Source: a virus (taxonomy: Duplodnaviria > Caudoviricetes). From it: a stretch of 64,000 nt of DNA. Shown here piece after piece: positions 1 through 8,152 of the stretch (position 1 is the stretch's first letter; every line of letters begins with the position of its first letter). Made by a program: the position numbers and the translations under genes. The notes beneath the pieces were generated by a model, which did not search any database, was not told where the DNA came from, and saw only the letters and a program-made list of their open reading frames with translations. The DNA lies in IMG/VR virus record IMGVR_UViG_3300013414_000053, positions 1 to 64,000 of that record. The stretch is one strand, 5' to 3'.

Positions 1-153
1 GTGTATATCAGACTCCCATAACCGACTGTTATGTTCTTTAGAATGCTTGACAGCCAGTTCAATGGCTTTTTCAAATGTTGTGCATACTGCCAACAATTCT
101 AAACTGGAATTGCTTAACCAAGCATCTCCAATATAAAGCAAGTAAAGTTTCAT
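1..153 (-). CDS. small hypothetical protein, truncated by the window edge (MKLYLLYIGDAWLSNSS...)
   Basis: Hand-translated open frame from ATG at 153 running off the window start; co-oriented with upstream genes. Confidence 0.55.
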   Translation of the reverse strand, partial: MKLYLLYIGDAWLSNSSLELLAVCTTFEKAIELAVKHSKEHNSRLWESDIH

Positions 154-222
154 TTTGTGAGAAGAATTATAACCGTGTCAACACCATCATTTATGCTGAC
201 ACGGTTAAGCGAATGGAGAGGA

Positions 223-1266
223 TTATTTACGCCATGAGGCTCGCATTGCCTCAATGTTGATACCGTTGACAACCAGAAATTCTCTCAGAACACCGAAGAG
301 TTTGTGTCCCTCACAATCCTTGGGAGCCACCAGTTGATAGAGATATTCCAACGACTCATCCTGAGTCATGTGCCGGAATCCACAGCGGTGGAAGAGAATG
401 AGGTTTTTCATCGTGTAGAAAGCACCGGCTCCTTTGTAGGCATCTTTGAAAGCTCTGGACTGCTCCATATCGAAGAACAGACAAGTCTCTTTGACGGCCT
501 TGTAGAAATTGGCAGTTGCTCGATGAAGAGCTGCCGGCTGGCGAGTATTCTTGATTGAGCGGAGCAGCTTTTCAAGTGGCTGGTACACCTTGGTGGGAAT
601 GTCTTTGATAAAGATATTGGTTTTATCCAAACGAACATAAGGAACACCCCTGCAATGTCTGATACGGAGCTTGGCCACAATGTTTCTGACCAACTGAATG
701 TAGTCAGTGGCCATCTGAACCACAACTCCACGATTGAACCAGCGGTTACGTTCTGCGAAGTTTTCCGGGTCAGTGACATTGAGTCTGGCTTGAACACGCA
801 ATTCTTCAACAACCATCTCCCACTGATACTTGTAACCTTTGCGACGGAAAGCGGCAGTGAAGCCGATGGGCTGGCCGGTCTTGTAATCGGTTTCGGTCAT
901 CATGTGAAAGACCTGAGCCATAACCCAGCGACGGAAGAGACGGCGGTCGGGAATTGTCTGACTGGCACGGATTGCAGCGAAGATAGGATCATCATCAGGA
1001 ACCACAGCGAACTGACCGTCAGTGAGGCGTCCGACTTCATAGCTGCCGTCAGTGCCACGAATAGAGAAGAGGTTGGCCACGTTGACTCCAGCATTGCGGA
1101 GAGCTTCGATTTTGGCCTCAGCTTCATTGAGCTTGTTAGCCGGAACGGGGATTTCAACAGCGATTGCTGTGGGTACGCAGTGAACTGGCATAACCACATT
1201 CACTTCTGCTGCTTCTACTTCGAGATTGGCGCCACACTTAGGACATTTTACGCTTACTTTCTTCAT
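223..1266 (-). CDS. hypothetical protein (~347 aa) with N-terminal CPKC motif; second gene downstream of the RT/hairpin array
   Basis: ORF 223..1311; ATG at 1266 (MKKVSVKCPKCG) is preferred because 1311 overlaps the upstream gene. Confidence 0.8.
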   Translation of the reverse strand: MKKVSVKCPKCGANLEVEAAEVNVVMPVHCVPTAIAVEIPVPANKLNEAEAKIEALRNAGVNVANLFSIRGTDGSYEVGRLTDGQFAVVPDDDPIFAAIRASQTIPDRRLFRRWVMAQVFHMMTETDYKTGQPIGFTAAFRRKGYKYQWEMVVEELRVQARLNVTDPENFAERNRWFNRGVVVQMATDYIQLVRNIVAKLRIRHCRGVPYVRLDKTNIFIKDIPTKVYQPLEKLLRSIKNTRQPAALHRATANFYKAVKETCLFFDMEQSRAFKDAYKGAGAFYTMKNLILFHRCGFRHMTQDESLEYLYQLVAPKDCEGHKLFGVLREFLVVNGINIEAMRASWRK

Positions 1267-1285
1267 ATTGGTGTTTATTTTGATG

Positions 1286-1747
1286 TTATTTGTTTTCTGA
1301 TTTGGGTTCAATCCATTCTTTCAGGATAATAAATTCTTTTACGGTAGGACTTTGCCAGAACCATTTATCCTTAGCAAATTCATCCCATTTGAGAGAGCCA
1401 TTCAATATCATTATCAGGATATGGAGTTCCAACTTGATTTGAGCAACTTCTCGTGGTTCGCCATAGAGCATATCCTCATCTGAAAGCTGATGTTCAGGGA
1501 GAGCGTTAAAGTATTTTCTGCGCTTATGATCGCTTCGTTCAGACGGTAGGCTATGCTGATAGCGGACAAACAGCTGAGTAATAATAGTGAGCGGGTTGTC
1601 AAATATCTGAAGTCCTAACTCACCTTCATACTCACCTTGTTTGATGACGTATTTACCATCAATTTTGAGTGTCCTTTTCTGAAAGTCAATATGGAATTTT
1701 GAACCACGTTTGACTTTCTCAATACATTCATTATAAATGTTTTCCAT
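1286..1747 (-). CDS. hypothetical protein (153 aa, MENIYNEC...); first gene downstream of the hairpin array
   Basis: ORF 1286..1840; ATG at 1747 follows an AT-rich leader, whereas the longer start lies inside hairpin 1. Confidence 0.8.
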   Translation of the reverse strand: MENIYNECIEKVKRGSKFHIDFQKRTLKIDGKYVIKQGEYEGELGLQIFDNPLTIITQLFVRYQHSLPSERSDHKRRKYFNALPEHQLSDEDMLYGEPREVAQIKLELHILIMILNGSLKWDEFAKDKWFWQSPTVKEFIILKEWIEPKSENK

Positions 1748-1801
1748 TTCTATTTGAATTAAAATTATAATCTCACTGACTTGGCACATTACTTTATCGT
1801 A

Positions 1802-2548
1802 TTGATTAAAGAGCTGGTGACAAGGTTCCGAATCGAACAAGCCAGGTGGCTAACCTGGCTGTCGATTCGAGTCCCTTGGTTAAAACCAGCTCTATTGAAC
1901 TTGCCAGTCTTGATTAAATCCTCTGTGCTGAGGTTTATCAGTTCTCAAAGCATTGATGCGTAACTCTATTCGGTTGATGGAATCCAGATAAGGACTCAGG
2001 TAGAACCGGCTGAAACATCCCAGGCAAGGATGTGAAAGCCGGTGGAACCTGAGTCCTATTCAGGTCTGGATGACTAAACAGTTGCTTTCTTGAACTGAGG
2101 TGCCGCATTACATTAGCTACTGAAGATGATTTGGTATATCGCTTTAAGAGGTTGATGTTTGGGCTTTACGGCTGCTGATGGAGGGTTGATAGAGCCTCCT
2201 AACAGCAGCTTAATGAAGCCAAAACTAAAATTACCATCTCTCAGATTGCTGCCATATACTTGGCTTGATATATCTGTCATGTCACTGATATGTTTCTTTA
2301 CTATCTTGATATTCTTCAGAAGTTACAGATGGTCCAGGTCCGTCATATACGATAGGAGATGAAGTAACTGGACCATCTGCTATTAATTCTGAATAATTGA
2401 ATGATTGACCCTTCAGATAAGACCGCATATTCGGTAATTGGTAGTCAGACAATATCGTGTGTGGCTATAAGGATTTGATGTCAGAAGGATCTGAGACTGT
2501 TGGCCAAAGGCGATAGCATGGCCCACAGTTCGATGATCCTTCTCTGAA
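1802..2548 (-). ncRNA. array of five long imperfect hairpins (~170-nt period), putative RT-associated ncRNA(s)
   Basis: Inverted repeats read directly: 1811-1892, 1982-2071, 2158-2224, 2314-2393, 2481-2547; each is flanked by TTGAT on + (ATCAA on -) at 1802, 1974, 2152, 2306, 2475; no credible ORF. Confidence 0.75.
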
Positions 2549-2592
2549 AGGATTGCCGTTCTACCATTCATTGCACACTCAATCTATATCGG

Positions 2593-3867
2593 TTATCCGT
2601 ACTGATGAAGAGAGGAAACCAGCGTCCTGTAAACATCTTTACTGGTCAAGAGCGCATTTTGCATACATCCTATCGTAAAGAAGCCGGAGAACATCTTGTC
2701 TGTCTTTATACGGTTAGCTTTCACATTCCGTCCTATGCCTCGCTGTATGCAGCCATCGGATTGATTGGCAATATATCCCAGTCCTCCGATTTTAGTCTTG
2801 CCAGTCACGACAGCCCTCAAACAATCCATCACAAAGAGTGTGAGAGTTTGAATGTCTTTCTTCACGTTGATGACCGGCAACACCTGAGTGGCCCAGCTAT
2901 ACTCACCATTTCCGCAATAGAGATAATGATTTATATCATTCGTGGCTTTGATGAGGCTTTTCTTTTTGGCTTTGATAGTGCGGGATTCAATCTCTTTCTG
3001 GAAGGCTTTTATTCGGGTTGAGCTGAGAGAAATGGAGGCTCCTTTGATTGAAAACCCAAGGAATTTGAACCACCGAGTATGAGTAAGAAACTCTATCTTT
3101 TTGGGATTGAGTTTCATTTCTCGCTTCGTGACCTCTTCAGTCATTATCTCCATTGCTTTCATATAGTCCGGCCCGACAAATAAGGCATCATCAGAATATC
3201 GGACATACTCGCCATTCAGTTGGCTCAGTCTTTCATCCAGGGTAAACATTACTACATTTGCCAACCAAGAAGCGACCGAACAGCCTTGTTTGAGTGACTG
3301 ATAGGCTTTCTGGAGTTTGCCGTCAGTATCAAAATACCAGTCCGAATGATAATACTTTCGGAGAACATCTATGATAGCGGAATGGCCGTGTTTTGCCTCG
3401 ACTTTATCAAAGGCTTCGTCAATAAATCTGATAGGTACAGAATCGAAATACTTACTGAAATCAGACTTCCACCCAATCACTTCGCCCTTGGTTTGGCAAA
3501 TTCTCTTGGAGATCTCTTTCACAATCTTGCCACAACCGATACCTTTCTGATAAGATTGACAAGTGGGATGAATCATCTCAGGCATCAGCTCAAATAAAAG
3601 GTCATTAGCGATACTGAGGAAGATACGGTCAATCGGCTCATTGACATAGACTGTGCGGAACTCTCCGTTATCCTTGGGGATAAGAGCCGTGTGAGGTGGT
3701 GCAATCTCATATCGGCCGTCTCGTATAGCAGCGTACATAGCAGCTCTGGTATCAGGTTTTGTAAGCTGATAGAGATGAGCCTTATTGATGTGCTTCCCGA
3801 CACCTTTTTCAATGGCATATCGCCATCTCTCAGTATCGAAAAACATTTCTAATATCTTATCATTCAT
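2593..3867 (-). CDS. reverse transcriptase, non-DGR, class unassigned (YSDD)
   Basis: RT motifs IPKDNGEFRTVYV..DR, KSDFSKYFDSV, LKQGCSVASWLAN, YVRYSDD, LNPKK, FKFLGFSI plus a ~140-aa C-terminal extension; no endonuclease domain. Confidence 0.93.
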   Translation of the reverse strand: MNDKILEMFFDTERWRYAIEKGVGKHINKAHLYQLTKPDTRAAMYAAIRDGRYEIAPPHTALIPKDNGEFRTVYVNEPIDRIFLSIANDLLFELMPEMIHPTCQSYQKGIGCGKIVKEISKRICQTKGEVIGWKSDFSKYFDSVPIRFIDEAFDKVEAKHGHSAIIDVLRKYYHSDWYFDTDGKLQKAYQSLKQGCSVASWLANVVMFTLDERLSQLNGEYVRYSDDALFVGPDYMKAMEIMTEEVTKREMKLNPKKIEFLTHTRWFKFLGFSIKGASISLSSTRIKAFQKEIESRTIKAKKKSLIKATNDINHYLYCGNGEYSWATQVLPVINVKKDIQTLTLFVMDCLRAVVTGKTKIGGLGYIANQSDGCIQRGIGRNVKANRIKTDKMFSGFFTIGCMQNALLTSKDVYRTLVSSLHQYG

Positions 3868-4114
3868 GGACTGGTTCTTTACTTATTGTGACATTGTAAG
3901 ACTCGCTATAATATTCATCTATTGTAGCGGAAAAACGGTCATCTTCATCTGCTTCAATGGTATCTTCAGACCATCCGGGCTTTTTAAGAATGTCCTTACG
4001 TTCTTGCTTTAAGGCGCGTCTGGCACCTTCAAGTGTTGCCCACAGAGTGAAAGAAGTATAGTTGTCTGAAGGTCGAACACCCTCATATTCAACTGTTACA
4101 CAGAATACTTCCAT
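3860..4114 (-). CDS. hypothetical protein (84 aa), translationally coupled to the RT
   Basis: ORF track; its stop overlaps the RT start (ATGAATGA). Confidence 0.7.
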   Translation of the reverse strand: MEVFCVTVEYEGVRPSDNYTSFTLWATLEGARRALKQERKDILKKPGWSEDTIEADEDDRFSATIDEYYSESYNVTISKEPVHE

Positions 4115-4116
4115 AG

Positions 4117-4434
4117 CTATGAGAATAAAGGCTTTTCGCCGTTATAGTTTTGGATAATCCATTCCAGCAAGAGCTTGCGATTCTTATCGTCAAGGTCTGC
4201 ATAGAACTTGACCATATATGTGTCAGGATCCTGAGTTCTGGTAGCGTGTTGCCACTTTCCCAGCATGTGACTGATATGACAAGTCCATTTCACTTCTTTG
4301 AGAAATTCCGGTACATTTACCGTATCTGTACCACCACCAGGGAAGGTGACAGTCATTGGAACCACCTTGTAATTCCAACCGTGAAACAGCCATTTATTAA
4401 TGGCCGTCATAGCAATTTTGAGATTTTCAGTCAT
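4117..4434 (-). CDS. hypothetical protein
   Basis: ORF 4117..4536; ATG at 4434 lies just after the PcfJ stop. Confidence 0.7.
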   Translation of the reverse strand: MTENLKIAMTAINKWLFHGWNYKVVPMTVTFPGGGTDTVNVPEFLKEVKWTCHISHMLGKWQHATRTQDPDTYMVKFYADLDDKNRKLLLEWIIQNYNGEKPLFS

Positions 4435-4439
4435 AGCTG

Positions 4440-5735
4440 TTATGCGATTTTTGATATTATTTTTGAACTGTTTGTTTGTATCAGAGACATTATCCGGTCG
4501 TAGTTTTCTGGAGTCTTGTTGTATTTGCCACGACATTGAAGAACCGAGAAATTATCTAATGAGAACTCTATGGTTGCGATTGAAATGCCTCCAACCAAAG
4601 CGTGAAGCACCAATACATTAGCTTTGGAATAATACTTGTTGGTGAAAACGCAGTGGTGCATATACTCGCCTTCGTCAACAAACTCTCTTACAGACTGAAG
4701 AGGTTTGACAACAATTTCCTTATCGACAAATTCCAAATCCAAAAATCTTGATTTAGCCTCTTTATACTTGGCCTCATCGACCTTGCTATTGGCTTCATAG
4801 CGTTGGATAGCCGTCATTTGCCTTTCACGCTCTCTTCGTCTGTCCTCTTCATCCATCTTAGCTCGTTTTTTAGCGATCCAAAAATCGTGAGCCTCTTTAA
4901 GATTGTCAGGACAGATGAATTTGGGATTTCTCAAATCTTTCCCACAATAATCAAGAGCATCGAGCATATCATACCAAGTCGAAGCATCAGTAATCTTATA
5001 GTTATGCCGGAAAGCGATCTTAGCGGAGGGCCAATATTTCTCAAACTTATACTTTTTAGCCAATGAGAAAGCTACCATTTTGTATTGCCCTAATTTCCAT
5101 GCCGTCTCAGTTTTATTGCAAGTGAGTAAGCGTTGAAACAAGGTATATGGGGAGCAATTATGAAAATCACCGTTATAGCCATTTCTCCGAATTTCAGGAA
5201 TTACTGAAGATTGTCCGATAACTTTGTAAGGAGTGACGTAGTGGCCGTAATTTTCTGTTCGGATTTCCATTTCGCTGTCATAGTTCCATATATCGCAATA
5301 ACTGCACATCCAATGTCGAGCACGACCGACTATCACTTCTTTAGCGTCTGGTGTGAGCCAGCGTTGAAAAGCCTCACTAATCCAATAAGTAGCCTTCTCG
5401 CCTCTTCTCAGATTAGTCTGCATAAAGAACATTCTGACAACTTGACAGCCTCCACGCTTGGTTACGATTGCGAAATAAGCTCTATCACAAAAATTCCACT
5501 TGCGAGTCTTGTCAACATCCAGCTTTGCGGAGCAGTGAGGACATACAACCTTAGTAGCCTCATCACCTTTCCAAGAGTGACCACAATCCAAACACACATA
5601 TTCCTTCTTGGAATTGAATTTGGCAATATGCGGAGCCACTTTTCTGACAGCCTCCTTATATTGATGTTCGTTCAAAGGAGAGAGTGTTTTGGATAACTCC
5701 AAAATTTTTCTTTGAAATTTGTTTCTGGGTTTCAT
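4440..5735 (-). CDS. PcfJ-like domain protein
   Basis: N-terminal CxxC...CPHC zinc ribbon; C-terminal EGEYMHHCVF..Y and IATIEFSL..F.VLQCRGKYNK typical of the PcfJ family. Confidence 0.85.
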   Translation of the reverse strand: MKPRNKFQRKILELSKTLSPLNEHQYKEAVRKVAPHIAKFNSKKEYVCLDCGHSWKGDEATKVVCPHCSAKLDVDKTRKWNFCDRAYFAIVTKRGGCQVVRMFFMQTNLRRGEKATYWISEAFQRWLTPDAKEVIVGRARHWMCSYCDIWNYDSEMEIRTENYGHYVTPYKVIGQSSVIPEIRRNGYNGDFHNCSPYTLFQRLLTCNKTETAWKLGQYKMVAFSLAKKYKFEKYWPSAKIAFRHNYKITDASTWYDMLDALDYCGKDLRNPKFICPDNLKEAHDFWIAKKRAKMDEEDRRRERERQMTAIQRYEANSKVDEAKYKEAKSRFLDLEFVDKEIVVKPLQSVREFVDEGEYMHHCVFTNKYYSKANVLVLHALVGGISIATIEFSLDNFSVLQCRGKYNKTPENYDRIMSLIQTNSSKIISKIA

Positions 5736-5756
5736 ATTGTGAAAGAGCTGATAGGA

Positions 5757-6161
5757 TTAGAAAATCGGAATATCCAAAGGCTCCGGGATATTGGGGTCAA
5801 CAGCTGCTTTGGGCTTTCTGGGTTTGCGCTGCTTAGGCTTTTCTTCTGATTTAGGCTTTTCAGGAGATGAAGCCGGCTCAGGTGAGGGGCTTTGTACGGC
5901 TTCCACTTTATTCTTAGGGCCATCTACCACGATGTCATCTTCATCATAGTAGTGGACTGCCAGTCCAAACACCTCATCATCGGAAACACCGACACAACGC
6001 TCACCTTTCGGCTTGTTCTTTTCGACTTGCTGAAAGATGTACTTGCAGCACTCTTTGATATTTTTGTTGGGTTTTGCGTATGTGGTTGCGAACTGAGCAT
6101 CTTCTTCAGCACGCTTGTCAAGATAATTCTTGATAGCGGTTTCAAAAGGGGTAAATTCCAT
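5757..6161 (-). CDS. PcfK-like / AcrIIA9-family protein
   Basis: FETAIKNYLDKRA..D..FA..Y.K.NK.I.EC..YI and SDDEVFGLAVHYYDEDDI motifs; adjacent to PcfJ. Confidence 0.8.
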   Translation of the reverse strand: MEFTPFETAIKNYLDKRAEEDAQFATTYAKPNKNIKECCKYIFQQVEKNKPKGERCVGVSDDEVFGLAVHYYDEDDIVVDGPKNKVEAVQSPSPEPASSPEKPKSEEKPKQRKPRKPKAAVDPNIPEPLDIPIF

Positions 6162-6173
6162 ATTGAAAGATTT

Positions 6174-6698
6174 TTAGGAGTTAAAGAAAAAGAATGTATA
6201 TCTTGTGTTTACATTCTCCTTTTGAGGAGAAGTCAACTGTCTGATTGCGAATTTGAAGGTGTTAGCTTTGAAAGTATGCTCAAAGCCATTCATAGGTTCG
6301 TGATGAGTGTACCGTATTTCAACTTTGGCATCATCAATTACTTTATTGAGGATTACCGGGTTGGTATGCCATTTGCCTTTGTATTTCCAGCAATATAAGG
6401 TTACATCATCAGTCTGGAGGGATTTGAAGTCATCTATTTTAACTAATCCATATTCACTCATAAGCTCATCTAACAGACCTAATAAATAGTCTGGTAATGG
6501 GTCAGTTGAGTCTTTTTTCTTGCCATTACAAAGAGATTCAAACGTAAGTAGAAATGCCTGTTTTATCTCTATCGAGTCAATGCACTTACTTAATTTGTAC
6601 TTACAGAATTGTATGATTTGAGGTTCTATTTTTTTGACAGCCTCATTATTCTTTGCCCGTAATAACTGACGAACATGATCAAGATTGGGGCGTTCCAT
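6174..6698 (-). CDS. hypothetical protein
   Basis: 174-aa ORF, co-oriented. Confidence 0.65.
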   Translation of the reverse strand: MERPNLDHVRQLLRAKNNEAVKKIEPQIIQFCKYKLSKCIDSIEIKQAFLLTFESLCNGKKKDSTDPLPDYLLGLLDELMSEYGLVKIDDFKSLQTDDVTLYCWKYKGKWHTNPVILNKVIDDAKVEIRYTHHEPMNGFEHTFKANTFKFAIRQLTSPQKENVNTRYTFFFFNS

Positions 6699-6712
6699 AG
6701 AAGTGGAAGTTA

Positions 6713-6780
6713 AACCCCTTTATCCCTAACTCGCTGCGCTCGTGTCGCTTCGCTCCAAGGGTTAAAGGGATAAAGGGGTT
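6713..6780 (-). other. hairpin/cruciform downstream of DGR VR2 (putative retrohoming element)
   Basis: 15-bp perfect stem 6713-6727/6766-6780, 5 nt after the target stop; loop shares GGAGCG.AGCGAC..GAGCG.AGCGA with the VR1 hairpin. Confidence 0.7.
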
Positions 6781-6785
6781 AAGGG

Positions 6786-7496
6786 TTAATGAAATGCTGC
6801 CACGGCACGGACGTAGCTGCTGGGCGTGACCTTAGGGGTCCAGCGGAGGCTGCCGGCGTGCAGGCCCAAGTACCAAGCGTGCGTCGCCGAGTGCTCAGTG
6901 CTGGTCCAGTACCAGCCATCTTTAATGCGGCTACCGCCGCTAAGTTCGATGGCGGCATTAATTGAACGCTTGTTAAGATAGATGAGATAGAGTTCAGCAA
7001 CTGAAGGAATCCACTCGTCATCCTCCAGCTCTATGCCGGTGCCGATAGACTTGATATGCTCAGTGTTTGACTGGCCGTTCCAATCAGCAACAGCATCATC
7101 ATATTCAGTGATGTAACCGTCATAACCGCCGGGGTCTTTCTGGTTAGTAAGGGGCTGTTCCGGGTAATCCTCCAGATTGACTGCGAGAGCATGGCGGCCC
7201 ATCACTACGCCGATACGCTTTACCGTCTTAGTCGGGGCATTGCGCTTCTTGTAGTCGAACTTTTCAACTGTGTTATCCTCATAGATGTAGTACACTCCAT
7301 CATTCAGAATGGCTTGATGAGAGCCTTCAGTCTGCTGAATGTCGATTTTGATTTGCTCAACCTCCTTTATCGGAGATTTGATGAAGTCATACACAGCCTG
7401 TGCTTCTTCACCGAAGTCACTGAAGAGAGCAAGTTTCAGCTTCTCATCCATCGGGAGGGAAGCGTAGATAGTTTTTGTGATTTCGTCTGAGATCAT
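6786..7496 (-). CDS. remote DGR target protein (DUF1566/C-type-lectin-like C-terminus)
   Basis: WIPSVAEL and YWTSTE..AW...YVRAVAAFH motifs; 3' end aligns to the TR at 56824-56936. Confidence 0.92.
   Translation of the reverse strand: MISDEITKTIYASLPMDEKLKLALFSDFGEEAQAVYDFIKSPIKEVEQIKIDIQQTEGSHQAILNDGVYYIYEDNTVEKFDYKKRNAPTKTVKRIGVVMGRHALAVNLEDYPEQPLTNQKDPGGYDGYITEYDDAVADWNGQSNTEHIKSIGTGIELEDDEWIPSVAELYLIYLNKRSINAAIELSGGSRIKDGWYWTSTEHSATHAWYLGLHAGSLRWTPKVTPSSYVRAVAAFH
6790..6899 (-). repeat. DGR variable region VR2
   Basis: 110 nt aligning to the 113-nt TR with 15 substitutions, all at TR adenines, plus a 3-nt deletion. Confidence 0.95.
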
Positions 7497-7519
7497 ATTT
7501 TTATATTTTGGATGATGTG

Positions 7520-7687
7520 TTATTTACCTTTGCTGAGGCAGACAGCCAGCTTGTCGAGGTCGTTAGTGCCGAAGTGATCTTTCAGCTCCTTTACGACAGA
7601 TGGTTTCTGATGTTGGAGCAACTGCTTGATAGTAGCGGGGTTGCCGCCTCGATATAAATCAAGGCAGTTCATTGCTTGTGTTGTCAT
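7520..7687 (-). CDS. small hypothetical protein (55 aa, MTTQAMNCLDLY...)
   Basis: Hand-translated; fills the gap between co-oriented genes. Confidence 0.5.
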   Translation of the reverse strand: MTTQAMNCLDLYRGGNPATIKQLLQHQKPSVVKELKDHFGTNDLDKLAVCLSKGK

Positions 7688-7768
7688 ACGTTATTGGTTA
7701 TTTGGTTTTTATTTGAATAGTCTCGTAATGATGAAAAATTAGAATGGAAACGAGATTTTTAAGAGTTT

Positions 7769-8152
7769 TTAAGGAATCGTCACGTCTTGCACCTCATCAG
7801 TTTCCGGAATAAGGTCGATTACATACTCCAACTGACCGTGTGCTATGCTGGTCAGCTCCTGCTCATCATCTGCCCACCCCTCCTTGGGAAAGCCATAAAT
7901 GGCCAGACAACCAAATTCTTCAATGGCAACGCGAGAGATATAAAAATCCTCATAAGTATCCATCCATTTGGTAGAAGCGACGATGATAGGAGCATTGTTC
8001 TTTTCCTCTGAGATGTTCTCGTCATCTCCATCATCTTCATCGGTGTGAATAAACACATATTCATTACCGTGAGCCTTAATTGCTGCTTTAAGCTCTTCAC
8101 GAGTACAATCGTCAAGATGCTTGTACTGATTGTAAAAATCGGTATGTTTCAT
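7769..8152 (-). CDS. acidic hypothetical protein
   Basis: 127-aa ORF in a tightly packed minus-strand cluster. Confidence 0.75.
   Translation of the reverse strand: MKHTDFYNQYKHLDDCTREELKAAIKAHGNEYVFIHTDEDDGDDENISEEKNNAPIIVASTKWMDTYEDFYISRVAIEEFGCLAIYGFPKEGWADDEQELTSIAHGQLEYVIDLIPETDEVQDVTIP

Noticed and set aside
1748-1840. N-terminal extension of ORF 1286..1840, and plus-strand ORFs 1781..1963 and 2159..2362
   Set aside because: They overlap the hairpin array, have no protein-like features, and a better start exists at 1747.
1802-2548. CRISPR array interpretation of the periodic region
   Set aside because: There are no identical direct repeats, the period (~170 nt) is far too long, and no cas genes are present.
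2593-3867. First RT as a DGR RT or group II intron
   Set aside because: It lacks the IGNL.SQ motif, has no adjacent avd/TR, and no recognisable intron domain V or interrupted host gene was seen (by eye only).
5757-6161. Firm anti-CRISPR call
   Set aside because: Family resemblance only; PcfK-like homologues are widespread and their activity cannot be inferred from sequence.
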